Shown one piece after another: positions 44,175 through 52,398 of a stretch of 64,000 nucleotides of DNA. The stretch covers positions 128,001 through 192,000 of the IMG/VR virus record IMGVR_UViG_3300047321_000298. One strand, given 5' to 3'. The DNA is from a virus (Duplodnaviria > Caudoviricetes). The notes below the pieces were generated by a model, which ran no database searches, was not told where the DNA came from, and was given only the letters and a program-made list of their open reading frames with translations. The position numbers and the translations under genes were made by a program. Positions within the stretch are counted from its first letter, which is position 1. Each line of letters begins with the position of its first letter.

Positions 44175-44198
44175 GGGGCCTACAAGGGCCCCATTTTT
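44175..44198 (+). terminator. intrinsic terminator
   Basis: GGGGCC-tacaag-GGCCCC then ATTTTT. Confidence 0.8.
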
Positions 44199-44208
44199 CG
44201 CTTCTGTG

Positions 44209-44236
44209 TTGACGTTTTGTGCTGTCTCTGTATAGT
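44209..44236 (+). promoter_or_regulatory. early promoter cassette copy 14
   Basis: TTGACG-N16-TATAGT. Confidence 0.8.
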
Positions 44237-44273
44237 AAATCCTGTAAACGCAAAAAGAACTGAGGACAACATC

Positions 44274-44615
44274 ATGCCTAGCAGTAAATATGAATTGGAC
44301 CCGTCACTCACGTTCGAGCAGGCACAGGAAATCGCGGACAAGCTACAAGCGGCCTGGAGCGCTGCGGGCAACGCCCTGAGCGCTTTTGTCGATGCTCAGG
44401 GTCCACGGGGTCCCATGAATCTGACGCCGGATAGCGTACGGCTGATGCCTCAATATCGGACGCTTCAAAGCGAACTCCAAAGTGCACGTGTTCGAGCGCA
44501 ACGTTTCGGTGCGTTGTACACGCGGAAGTTCAAGAAAGAAATCCGCGATTCCGTGATGGCACGTCGGAAAGCGATGATGAAAGCGAACCAGGAAAACGAA
44601 AGTGAACAATCTTAA
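44274..44615 (+). CDS. hypothetical early protein
   Basis: GAGGA RBS. Confidence 0.75.
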   Translation: MPSSKYELDPSLTFEQAQEIADKLQAAWSAAGNALSAFVDAQGPRGPMNLTPDSVRLMPQYRTLQSELQSARVRAQRFGALYTRKFKKEIRDSVMARRKAMMKANQENESEQS

Positions 44616-44952
44616 CGGCGATGACCAGGCGCAAACGAAAGACGCATGGCCCATGCTGAAGCCGCTGCACTTGGAGGCTCTTATGTTTGCGTACAACGAG
44701 GGCTACTCAAAAGCGTTCGATGGGCGAATGTTCCCGAACCCGTTTGTGGAGTCTGGTTCGCAGGCTGCAGCATGGGCTCTTGGCACACGTGACGGCACAG
44801 AGGCGCGCAATAAGTCGCAGGCTCAGGCAGACATGCTTCCCGAATTGCGACTGTATGCGTTTGCTCTGGCGACATCAGTTACGAGCAACAAGCATGCGAC
44901 TACGGCCATGAAAAAGCTGGCTGACTCCATGCTGAAACTTTTGAACAAGTGA
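44602..44952 (+). CDS. hypothetical protein
   Basis: AYNEGY...NPF...AAWALG resembles an RMF-like phage repeat motif. Confidence 0.6.
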   Translation: MNNLNGDDQAQTKDAWPMLKPLHLEALMFAYNEGYSKAFDGRMFPNPFVESGSQAAAWALGTRDGTEARNKSQAQADMLPELRLYAFALATSVTSNKHATTAMKKLADSMLKLLNK

Positions 44953-44961
44953 GAGGAAATT

Positions 44962-45156
44962 ATGGGCGTTCGGACAACAGCGGATGAGAAAGTTGAATCG
45001 GCACTCGAAAACATCAACAACGCGATCCAATCCCTGTCTGACATCGTGGTCAACCAGTGTTGGGGTCACGATTCGTGGAACGTAGAGTACCGCGCAAAAC
45101 TGGAAGAGTCGTTCCTGTCGCTGATGGAAATTCGAAAAAAGCTTGAGGGTTGTTGA
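44962..45156 (+). CDS. hypothetical protein
   Basis: GAGG RBS; stop in the next -35 box. Confidence 0.7.
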   Translation: MGVRTTADEKVESALENINNAIQSLSDIVVNQCWGHDSWNVEYRAKLEESFLSLMEIRKKLEGC

Positions 45157-45181
45157 CGTTTTGTGCGGCGCTCTGTACAAT
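45153..45181 (+). promoter_or_regulatory. early promoter cassette copy 15
   Basis: TTGACG-N17-TACAAT; leader GACGAACCAGGAG. Confidence 0.9.
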
Positions 45182-45219
45182 CGTTCCTGTAGTGATTCGA
45201 GACGAACCAGGAGAACGAA

Positions 45220-45468
45220 ATGTTGGCACTGAGCGCGTGTGAATACCGGAAGGCAAGCAAAACTCTCGTTGTTTCTTCTGCTCTGGTTGGTCCCGGTTTT
45301 CCTCGCAAGATCGAAGTGAAGAGCCACCACACTGGCTCGGTAGTCGAGTTCGAAGTTGACGTTGAAGCGGGTATCGCTGCTGAATTCTGGGATGGTGAGA
45401 TGTGCGAGTATGTTCCGGTCGAACCGGTACCCAACGTCGTCAAGCTCGTTGTCTCCAACTTCTGCTGA
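45220..45468 (+). CDS. hypothetical early protein
   Basis: AGGAG RBS. Confidence 0.75.
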   Translation: MLALSACEYRKASKTLVVSSALVGPGFPRKIEVKSHHTGSVVEFEVDVEAGIAAEFWDGEMCEYVPVEPVPNVVKLVVSNFC

Positions 45469-45476
45469 GAAAAATC

Positions 45477-45680
45477 ATGTACCTCGTTCAAGTGACCTAT
45501 TGGGAAACGGTGAATGGGACTCGTGCTTGGGTGAACGAGCACGAACTTCAGGTTGTGGATCAACAGCAGTTGGATGTCGAAATCGACGTAGAGAACGTTA
45601 GTCTTCGGATGAAGAACGCGGGCTACGATGAGGTTGTGATTTCGTGCGCCGGTCTGGATTTTTTCCGAACACTCAAATAA
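45477..45680 (+). CDS. hypothetical protein
   Basis: ATG 45477. Confidence 0.6.
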   Translation: MYLVQVTYWETVNGTRAWVNEHELQVVDQQQLDVEIDVENVSLRMKNAGYDEVVISCAGLDFFRTLK

Positions 45681-45686
45681 CAGAAC

Positions 45687-46139
45687 ATGACCATTTTTAA
45701 AGATTTCGCCGTGCTCGCTGATTTGAAAAAGCAGTATGAAGATCAGCAGGCACGAATCGACGCGTTGGTTGATGCGCAGGAGCAATTGAGCCTCCGCATT
45801 CGTAGGGCTTCGCGGGTTAAAGAAGTAACGAAAGATGGGATAGCCCTGGACACGACCGTAGCTTTTCTGAAACGCGAGGGCGGTTACGCATCCACGGTTC
45901 CGCTGCACGACGAAGACGGACGCCGGACCGTTGACGTTTACCAGAAGCGGGGCGCACACCACAAAGGGTGGGCAGTTAAGGTCAACTCGTTCGGAGGCTT
46001 CAAAGAGGAATTCTACGGCGGTAAAGTTTTAGGTCTGGACGCAGCGTGGAGTAAATCGAAGGCCGCGCGTGTAGCTATTGCGTGGCTAACGTTTGGAAAA
46101 ATCCTGGAGGATCAAGCGAATGACGTTGCAACAACCTAA
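45687..46139 (+). CDS. hypothetical protein
   Basis: 150-aa ORF. Confidence 0.7.
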   Translation: MTIFKDFAVLADLKKQYEDQQARIDALVDAQEQLSLRIRRASRVKEVTKDGIALDTTVAFLKREGGYASTVPLHDEDGRRTVDVYQKRGAHHKGWAVKVNSFGGFKEEFYGGKVLGLDAAWSKSKAARVAIAWLTFGKILEDQANDVATT

Positions 46140-46425
46140 AGACAAGCCCCATAAAGTCTTCGAGAAAATACGTTTGTCAAAAGCATTGTCGTCTATTCAG
46201 CTACGCGCTGAGCGGGCACTAGCCCGGTATCAGGATGACGGTATCGACCTGAGCCCCACGGATATGGTGCTTCTGAAACAGATTATCCATGCGGATGATC
46301 TGGATGAAGTGCATCTGATCTGCGCTGAGCGCTTGGGTCACGACGACGAAGCGAAGAAGCTGCGCACGTGTATTTCAGGTAAGGCTGAGCGTGGGGACGG
46401 AAGGGCGATAGGTATCGTCCTGTAG
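46120..46425 (+). CDS. hypothetical protein, paralog of 5035-5286
   Basis: GGAGG RBS; DLDEVHLICAERL. Confidence 0.75.
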   Translation: MTLQQPKDKPHKVFEKIRLSKALSSIQLRAERALARYQDDGIDLSPTDMVLLKQIIHADDLDEVHLICAERLGHDDEAKKLRTCISGKAERGDGRAIGIVL

Positions 46426-46433
46426 TCCAAGCG

Positions 46434-46444
46434 TTCAATTTCAT
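46434..46444 (+). promoter_or_regulatory. TTCAATTTCAT motif (candidate late promoter)
   Basis: Exact 11-mer also at 51100; both head virion-type gene blocks. Confidence 0.4.
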
Positions 46445-46525
46445 GATTGAAAATCTAACAGGGTATTCAACCAGAATCTGAACCGTTCAGGTGTCTGGGT
46501 TTGTGAACTTCAGGATGAGTAAATC

Positions 46526-48079
46526 ATGAAACTTAATGCAGCGTCACGCTTGACCGCTAACTGGTGGGACAATCTCGGACCGGATGGTCAGGCCCAATAC
46601 CTCAAGGACCACCCGAACTCGGAGAAAGCCAAGGAAGCCCGCCAGCAACAGCAGAAGACTGGCGAGAAGCCAAAGGCTGAAGAGAAGCCGAAAAAGGAAG
46701 AGCCACAGAAGCAAACTCCGAAGGCTGACGACGAGCCGGACGCAGAAGGGAAAAAACAGAAGCCGGAACCGGAGCAGAAAAAGCCGGAACCAAAGGCTGA
46801 CGATTCCGAGCAGAAGCAACCGGAACCAAAGGCTGACGAACCGGCCGCACAGGAGCCGAAAGCCGCACCCGGGATCGATGAGAAGCCGAAGCAAAAACCG
46901 CTCGCTCCTGGCCGCCCGTTGGCAGACTTTGCGAAAGAACGCGACGATCCGACCTTCACTGCGGAGAAGCTGTTCGCAAAGCTGAAGCCTGAGGATGCTC
47001 AGGAAATCAAGGACAAGACGCAACAGGCGATGCGCCTGCCGCCGTCCGACAAGGAATACATCAAGAACGGCGAGTACACTCCGGAACGCAAACGGCTGCA
47101 CCAGGAGATTACCCGCAAGATTCTCACACCGGACCGCATCAAGGCCGCGACGCCAAAGCCTGGCGAGAACCCGACGTTCATCGTGCTCGGTGGGCGTGGG
47201 GGTTCTGGCAAATCTTCGTTCACGCATAACGAGGAAACCGGCGCACCTGCGACAGTCAGCGAGTTCGATTCGTCCAAGTTCCTGACGCTGGACGCGGATG
47301 CGATCAAGCAGATGCTGTATCCGCCGTATGAAGGCTGGAACGCGAACCAGGTGCACGAAGAATCGTCCGAACTGTTCGATCAGATCATGAAGACGGCGCA
47401 AGGCATGGGTCTTAACATCATCTCGGATGCGACGCTCAAGTCAGACAAGATGGGCTCGCAGTTGGAAGAACTCGCAGCGAAGGGTTACGACATCGAGGGG
47501 CACTACATGTACCTGCCGCGTCAGAAAGCTGCTGAGCGCGCTTGCGGACGCTACCTGAAGGATGGCCCGGGTAACCGGGGCCGTCTGGTGCCGCCTGAGG
47601 TTATCTTGGGCAACGTCAACAACGAAGCGAACTTCGACAAGCTGAAGAAATATTTCAAGCGCTGGTCGGCCTACAACAACGATGTGGCTCGTGGCGAAAA
47701 TCCGCAGTTGATTGACCATTCCGATTTGAATCCGAAGAAGACTGATGCACGAGTCGTCAAATCGTCATATAATCGAAGCGTCGTAAAGGCACACCAGCTT
47801 CTTTTTGGTGGCCTGCGTAGGCTTTTGCTGGCAGATAACGAGGGGGCCGATATGGGCACTCAGGAACAAGAACAACCGCAATATACCGCCGACTCGTGGG
47901 AAAACGATCCGTATCTCACGAACAATCCTGAACGTGAAGCGCGGGTGAAGCGTGACACGTACCCGATGATGAAGGCGCTTGGTATCCGGACCTCGCAAGT
48001 CAAGGACCCGCAGACGAAAGCTGAGTACATCGCCTATCTCAAGGGCGAACAGGGTGCTAAGGACGAACAGAGCGAGTGA
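46526..48079 (+). CDS. zeta-toxin-like P-loop kinase with low-complexity N-terminal half; AAxRL N-terminus
   Basis: IVLGGRGGSGKS Walker A, LDADAIK, VHEES, ISDATL, GR.VP; KEPQ-rich repeats. Confidence 0.85.
   Translation: MKLNAASRLTANWWDNLGPDGQAQYLKDHPNSEKAKEARQQQQKTGEKPKAEEKPKKEEPQKQTPKADDEPDAEGKKQKPEPEQKKPEPKADDSEQKQPEPKADEPAAQEPKAAPGIDEKPKQKPLAPGRPLADFAKERDDPTFTAEKLFAKLKPEDAQEIKDKTQQAMRLPPSDKEYIKNGEYTPERKRLHQEITRKILTPDRIKAATPKPGENPTFIVLGGRGGSGKSSFTHNEETGAPATVSEFDSSKFLTLDADAIKQMLYPPYEGWNANQVHEESSELFDQIMKTAQGMGLNIISDATLKSDKMGSQLEELAAKGYDIEGHYMYLPRQKAAERACGRYLKDGPGNRGRLVPPEVILGNVNNEANFDKLKKYFKRWSAYNNDVARGENPQLIDHSDLNPKKTDARVVKSSYNRSVVKAHQLLFGGLRRLLLADNEGADMGTQEQEQPQYTADSWENDPYLTNNPEREARVKRDTYPMMKALGIRTSQVKDPQTKAEYIAYLKGEQGAKDEQSE
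46784..46839 (+). repeat. intragenic 36-nt-period direct repeat (PEPKAD)
   Basis: CCGGAACCAAAGGCTGACGA at 46784-46803 and 46820-46839. Confidence 0.85.
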
Positions 48080-48082
48080 TCT

Positions 48083-48586
48083 ATGACCTTCATCCAGCGT
48101 CTACTGGCAACAGCAGACGGGGAAGAGGATCAGGGGCCACTGGCTGACACTGAATATTGGGCAAAACGCGGCGCAGGTTGTGTGCTAATGGCACAGTCTA
48201 CGCTGCGTTTTCTTTTGCCCATGCGCTCCGCACAGGTTTCCGAACCCCACACCTACGGCACGTGGGGTGGCGGAATCGACGGATCAGAAAGTCCTGGGGC
48301 ATCCGTTCGTCGCGAGCTACGCGAAGAAGCCGGTTATGTCGGTGTTTCCTCCCTTTACCCGTTGCTCGTCTATCGCGATCTTGATCAAGGTCGCGTCTAT
48401 CACAATTTCCTCGCCGTCGTCCCTGAAGAGTTCGAGCCCGTTCTGAACTGGGAGACGGAACACGCAATATGGGTGCCATTTGACGAATTCCATCAACCTC
48501 TGCATCCGGGGTTGGAGTCCTTGCTGAAAGACCCGTATTCAATACGAACGATCAATTCGCATATGGAGCGGGCTTATCATGTATAG
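48083..48586 (+). CDS. Nudix hydrolase; RLLATA N-terminus
   Basis: GTWGGGIDGSESPGASVRRELREEAG Nudix box; LHPGL. Confidence 0.9.
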   Translation: MTFIQRLLATADGEEDQGPLADTEYWAKRGAGCVLMAQSTLRFLLPMRSAQVSEPHTYGTWGGGIDGSESPGASVRRELREEAGYVGVSSLYPLLVYRDLDQGRVYHNFLAVVPEEFEPVLNWETEHAIWVPFDEFHQPLHPGLESLLKDPYSIRTINSHMERAYHV

Positions 48587-48788
48587 GATACATTGGCAGT
48601 GGGTTGTAATTAATGGCGCAGTATCAACGGCCGATATGTTCGTCACGGTATTTTCGCTCATTGTCATCTCACAATGCATTCCGTGTTTTGCGATTCAGCT
48701 TGTTTCGTCGCTGTTTATCCGACAGCCCTACGAACACTGCCTGAGAGCTAAACGCCGGTCCCGTTATATCCAAAGGGTGGCGACATGA
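48579..48788 (+). CDS. possible hydrophobic hypothetical protein
   Basis: Overlaps both neighbours (ATGA at the end) but atypical composition. Confidence 0.35.
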   Translation: MYRIHWQWVVINGAVSTADMFVTVFSLIVISQCIPCFAIQLVSSLFIRQPYEHCLRAKRRSRYIQRVAT

Positions 48789-49291
48789 ATGCAGCGCACA
48801 GACTTTTAGCTACCGCCATTCATCCGGAAGTTCAGCATATGGTGGATACAACGCTCAAGATGCTAAAGCGGAAGTTTCCGAAAGTCCCCAAAAAGCTGAA
48901 GGTTGTTTTTGAAAGGCGGGTGGGCGCTACGTTCGATCCGTGGGACTGGGAACTCAAGATGTCTGACTACGGGCTCGATCAGCCGCTGCACGTGGTAGAT
49001 AAAGAGGAAGATCAGGCTCAAGGCCCCGGAACCCTCCAGTACGGTCTGGAGGGCACCCTAATCCACGAATTCGGGCACGCGGTCAACGCAACGATCATCA
49101 AGCTCCACAGGCAGGACGATGACGCTCTGGGCGCATGGCAGCAGACGAAGCATGAATTGGAGCAAAAGCTAGGACACCCATCGGCCTACGCGAAGAAAAA
49201 CAATAGCGAGTGGTTTGCTGAACAGTTCCTGTACGAGATGAAGGGCCACGGGCATGCGCTGCTCGATGCAATCCAAGAGTGGAGCAAATAA
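48785..49291 (+). CDS. zincin-like HExxH metallopeptidase; AAxRL N-terminus
   Basis: GTLIHEFGH...PSAY...NNSEWFAEQF. Confidence 0.8.
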   Translation: MNAAHRLLATAIHPEVQHMVDTTLKMLKRKFPKVPKKLKVVFERRVGATFDPWDWELKMSDYGLDQPLHVVDKEEDQAQGPGTLQYGLEGTLIHEFGHAVNATIIKLHRQDDDALGAWQQTKHELEQKLGHPSAYAKKNNSEWFAEQFLYEMKGHGHALLDAIQEWSK

Positions 49292-49878
49292 TGAAGATAC
49301 ACGCAGCGCAACGATTGCTCGGCTCCGCGTGGCAGGGGCACTTCAAGCTGGAGCTACCGGACGCCGTACGCGAAGAAATCCACGACATCATGAACAAGCT
49401 GTCCGCAGATTTCCCCACGCTGGCACATATCAACATCGAAGCTGGCGATCCGGAGTGGATGGAGAATATTCTCGCAACGAAGAGTCTGACGGCGCTGTAC
49501 CTGAACGCTCATTATTTTCAGGACCCCGAAAAGCTGCGTGTGCATTTCGAGAACTGGAAGGGTTTGCAGGTTGAACCAACGCTGACGGGCACGATTATCC
49601 ACGAGTGCGGACACATTCTGGCCAATCAGGTGCTGCAAAAAGCGGGCGCGCGTAAATTCAATAACGTACTAAAGAAACACCTGAGTGATCTTAACGGCAT
49701 CTGGAATTATGAGAGTCCCTCGTCCTACGGCCAGGAGAACACCTCAGAATTTCTCGCTGAAGCGTTCGTTGCACATTATCTCGGCAAACACGCGTGGGAC
49801 CCGATAGGTGAGTTCGGAACAATGTCTATGGCAACCAGCAATGCAGTCTGGACAGCCATGCGCAAACTTTTGAAATAG
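49291..49878 (+). CDS. zincin-like HExxH metallopeptidase (paralog of 48785); AAxRL N-terminus
   Basis: GTIIHECGH...PSSY...NTSEFLAEAF; TAATG coupling. Confidence 0.8.
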   Translation: MKIHAAQRLLGSAWQGHFKLELPDAVREEIHDIMNKLSADFPTLAHINIEAGDPEWMENILATKSLTALYLNAHYFQDPEKLRVHFENWKGLQVEPTLTGTIIHECGHILANQVLQKAGARKFNNVLKKHLSDLNGIWNYESPSSYGQENTSEFLAEAFVAHYLGKHAWDPIGEFGTMSMATSNAVWTAMRKLLK

Positions 49879-49887
49879 GAGATTAGC

Positions 49888-50283
49888 TTGACTACAGGAA
49901 TCAATGCGGCGCATCGGCTAATCGCAGCCTCTGCTGAAGATGCGATACGCGAAGCAATCAACAACGCACCCAACCAGCACATCGGCAAGCCGTTCCCTGT
50001 CGTCACTCACTTCAACGGCGTGACGGTCCCCTTTATGGCCTACATCACGCGTATCGCTAACTCTGCGGAGCAGATGCGCGGGTCTTTCACCAAGGTCACT
50101 CTGACAACGGTGAAATGGGGCTTGCTGATCAAGGGTCATCCAAAGTGCTGGATTGCGGCGCACTACATACTGGATCAAAAGAACCGGCTGAAGGAAAGCG
50201 GCTTACCGTCGCGTATCGAAGACCACGAAGCCGAAAAATTCTTCCACGACTGCGGTGTTCCGGTTCCTCCCCATCTCCAGTAA
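49888..50283 (+). CDS. hypothetical protein; AAxRL N-terminus
   Basis: AGGAG RBS, TTG start, INAAHRLIAA. Confidence 0.7.
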   Translation: MTTGINAAHRLIAASAEDAIREAINNAPNQHIGKPFPVVTHFNGVTVPFMAYITRIANSAEQMRGSFTKVTLTTVKWGLLIKGHPKCWIAAHYILDQKNRLKESGLPSRIEDHEAEKFFHDCGVPVPPHLQ

Positions 50284-50318
50284 ATAAAAAGTAGGTACAC
50301 AAAAACTGGGGTGGCAGA

Positions 50319-50765
50319 GTGGCAAAGCAGGCTGATGAAGATCGCATGGCTATGGACATCGCGTATCTGGCGGCTGAACGGTCTCATGATCCTAAGCATG
50401 GAGTCGGGTGTGCAATTGTGACACCCGACCACATGATTACGCTGGGCTGGAACGGGATGCCTCAAGGTATGGACAACCAGATGCGCGAGCCGCGTCTCGT
50501 GCGAACCGCTTGTGGCTGTCTGCATTTCCAGGACAAGACCAAGCCGGAAGTCATGCATGCCGAGTTCAACGCTCTATCGAAGTTCGTCGGATCGACAGCT
50601 TCCACAGAAAACGCAAAACTCTACACGACGTTGAGCCCGTGTCTCCCGTGCGCGATATTCGCACATCGAGCCAAGATCGAACGCGTGATCTACGACCAGG
50701 TGTACCTGGACGGGGCAGGAATTGAATTTCTGCTTGAACGGGGAATAGTAGTCACGAGGATTTGA
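50319..50765 (+). CDS. dCMP deaminase
   Basis: GWNG, HAEFNAL, TLSPCLPCA motifs. Confidence 0.92.
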   Translation: MAKQADEDRMAMDIAYLAAERSHDPKHGVGCAIVTPDHMITLGWNGMPQGMDNQMREPRLVRTACGCLHFQDKTKPEVMHAEFNALSKFVGSTASTENAKLYTTLSPCLPCAIFAHRAKIERVIYDQVYLDGAGIEFLLERGIVVTRI

Positions 50766-50768
50766 TCA

Positions 50769-51068
50769 ATGGGTGGGTATGTATTTGACGGGATAGGTTC
50801 AGCAGCGAGAGAAGCACAACGACTCGAAGCGTGGACAGCGGTTAGAGAGGGGCTCCACGGCATCAACGGACAGTGGTTGACCAACTACCATGAGCAGTCG
50901 GTGACGTTCAGGCACAGGAGGCGAGGGCACAACGTAAGGGTAACGCTAGCTGGCGAGGTCTACACTGACCTGAAGTTGCGCGCAGGAGCGTACAAATCGA
51001 ACGTTCACAAGTCTGATCTGAAGTCGGCGCTGATCTACACCAGGCAATTTCTCGAAGAGCACGTATGA
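50769..51068 (+). CDS. hypothetical protein
   Basis: GAGGA RBS. Confidence 0.6.
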   Translation: MGGYVFDGIGSAAREAQRLEAWTAVREGLHGINGQWLTNYHEQSVTFRHRRRGHNVRVTLAGEVYTDLKLRAGAYKSNVHKSDLKSALIYTRQFLEEHV

Positions 51069-51071
51069 ACG

Positions 51072-51099
51072 AAGCCCGCCATAGAGCGGGCTTTTTCAT
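51072..51099 (+). terminator. intrinsic terminator
   Basis: AAGCCCGC-cataga-GCGGGCTT then TTTCATT. Confidence 0.85.
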
Positions 51100-51110
51100 T
51101 TCAATTTCAT
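51100..51110 (+). promoter_or_regulatory. TTCAATTTCAT motif (candidate late promoter)
   Basis: Immediately after a terminator, ahead of the neck-like gene block. Confidence 0.4.
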
Positions 51111-51141
51111 AGCATCGACTACAAATTAGTGAGGTGCCACA

Positions 51142-52389
51142 GTGCCCTACGTTGATCGCTCAAATTCCAGAATAATGCCTGCAAACTCGCGCACCGCCGA
51201 CGTTGCAGAAAAGGCGATCCAGGAAATTATCCCGGTGCAGCAGCGTCGTTACTACGATAGCTTTCGCGTGCAAGGCATACAGTGCATCCATTATTCGCGA
51301 CTCACCTCCGGACGCAAGTGCAACTGTCAATCTTCGGCAAAACAGTTGAATGGTCTGCTCGATAAAAGCGGTAAGGCGAGCACCGGAACCATCAACCAGT
51401 TGTTGACCGGCAACCTCGAATTCAACGTCACTCCGTACAACTTCGATCAGAAGAGGCTCCCCGGAGTAACGAGCGCCCAGACTTCTCCGCAGGCACCAGC
51501 AAACAAGAATCAGGGGGTGTTCGACATCGCGACTGCGTCCGACGATATCCCGTTTGCTGACCTGATCAAAGGGACGCACGGCATGGGCGACAACGGTCCA
51601 GTCGAAAACACGACGATTGATGAACTCGTGGGTGACTGGGACCCTTCGATCATGGGCTTCTCCGACGTTGCGTGCCCGATCTGTTTCGGTACCGGCTTCG
51701 TATCCGGTTTCTCACCGTTTCACGGTCACCGTCAGGTGCTGGCCGTGCCCGATGTTCAGTTGCTGGCTGGCTCTGACATCGACACGCTCAAGCGCCCATT
51801 CACAGCACAGACACCCGGCTTCAACGTCGTCGTGATACTGCCCGCTGGAGCCATTGGAATTGACGTGTTCCGCGTCTGGAATATGGCGAACCCCGTGAAC
51901 AATGTGCAGATGTCGGTTGACGGTACGCCTCTCACTTCAGAGGCACAGTTGATGCAGTACTGCAACGGCAAACCACATCTGTTGCGCTTCACGGGGCCGA
52001 ACGGTCAACCGTTCGAATTCACGCACCTCGAAATACAGTTCCAGTTGACTACAGAATCTGTGTACTTCGAATTCCCCAAGCGCTCAACTTCGAACAACAC
52101 GGACCTTCTCGAACAGATGGAGCCGTTCAACATCATCGTTTCACCCAATCTCCCAACTCTCGAATCGATGGACATCATCGTTGAGCAGCAGCTAGGAAAA
52201 ATTCTGGTTGTTCAGAACACGAACCCTTGGCGTTCGCGTCAGCGAAACGTGCTGGGATGGGAAGCACAGGTGCGAGTGATCCAGCCCATGGAACTGTTCC
52301 GTATCTTGCCGATGCGTGGGCGGGTGATGAACAAAGACGCGACCACTAGGATGGTGCGGCCGAACTCTACAGGACCGCGCGTCACTTAA
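51142..52389 (+). CDS. probable virion neck/head-completion-type protein
   Basis: GRKCNC and CPICFGTGF..G motifs seen in jumbo-phage neck-type proteins (from memory); position. Confidence 0.55.
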   Translation: MPYVDRSNSRIMPANSRTADVAEKAIQEIIPVQQRRYYDSFRVQGIQCIHYSRLTSGRKCNCQSSAKQLNGLLDKSGKASTGTINQLLTGNLEFNVTPYNFDQKRLPGVTSAQTSPQAPANKNQGVFDIATASDDIPFADLIKGTHGMGDNGPVENTTIDELVGDWDPSIMGFSDVACPICFGTGFVSGFSPFHGHRQVLAVPDVQLLAGSDIDTLKRPFTAQTPGFNVVVILPAGAIGIDVFRVWNMANPVNNVQMSVDGTPLTSEAQLMQYCNGKPHLLRFTGPNGQPFEFTHLEIQFQLTTESVYFEFPKRSTSNNTDLLEQMEPFNIIVSPNLPTLESMDIIVEQQLGKILVVQNTNPWRSRQRNVLGWEAQVRVIQPMELFRILPMRGRVMNKDATTRMVRPNSTGPRVT

Positions 52390-52398
52390 GGACGATAT

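Noticed and set aside
2148-44273. ORF-track starts inside promoter cassettes (2148, 2928, 5293, 42005, 43639, 44217)
   Set aside because: They begin at TTG/GTG within the -35 box or spacer; real starts are the ATGs after the leader SD
24201-44290. AGTAAATA at 24201 and 44283 as promoters
   Set aside because: Inside coding sequence, lacking the upstream AAA hexamer and the downstream hairpin
490-45219. Repeated ~30-70 nt elements read as a CRISPR array
   Set aside because: Spacing is irregular (hundreds to thousands of nt), the intervals contain genes, and the repeats are promoter-shaped; no cas genes
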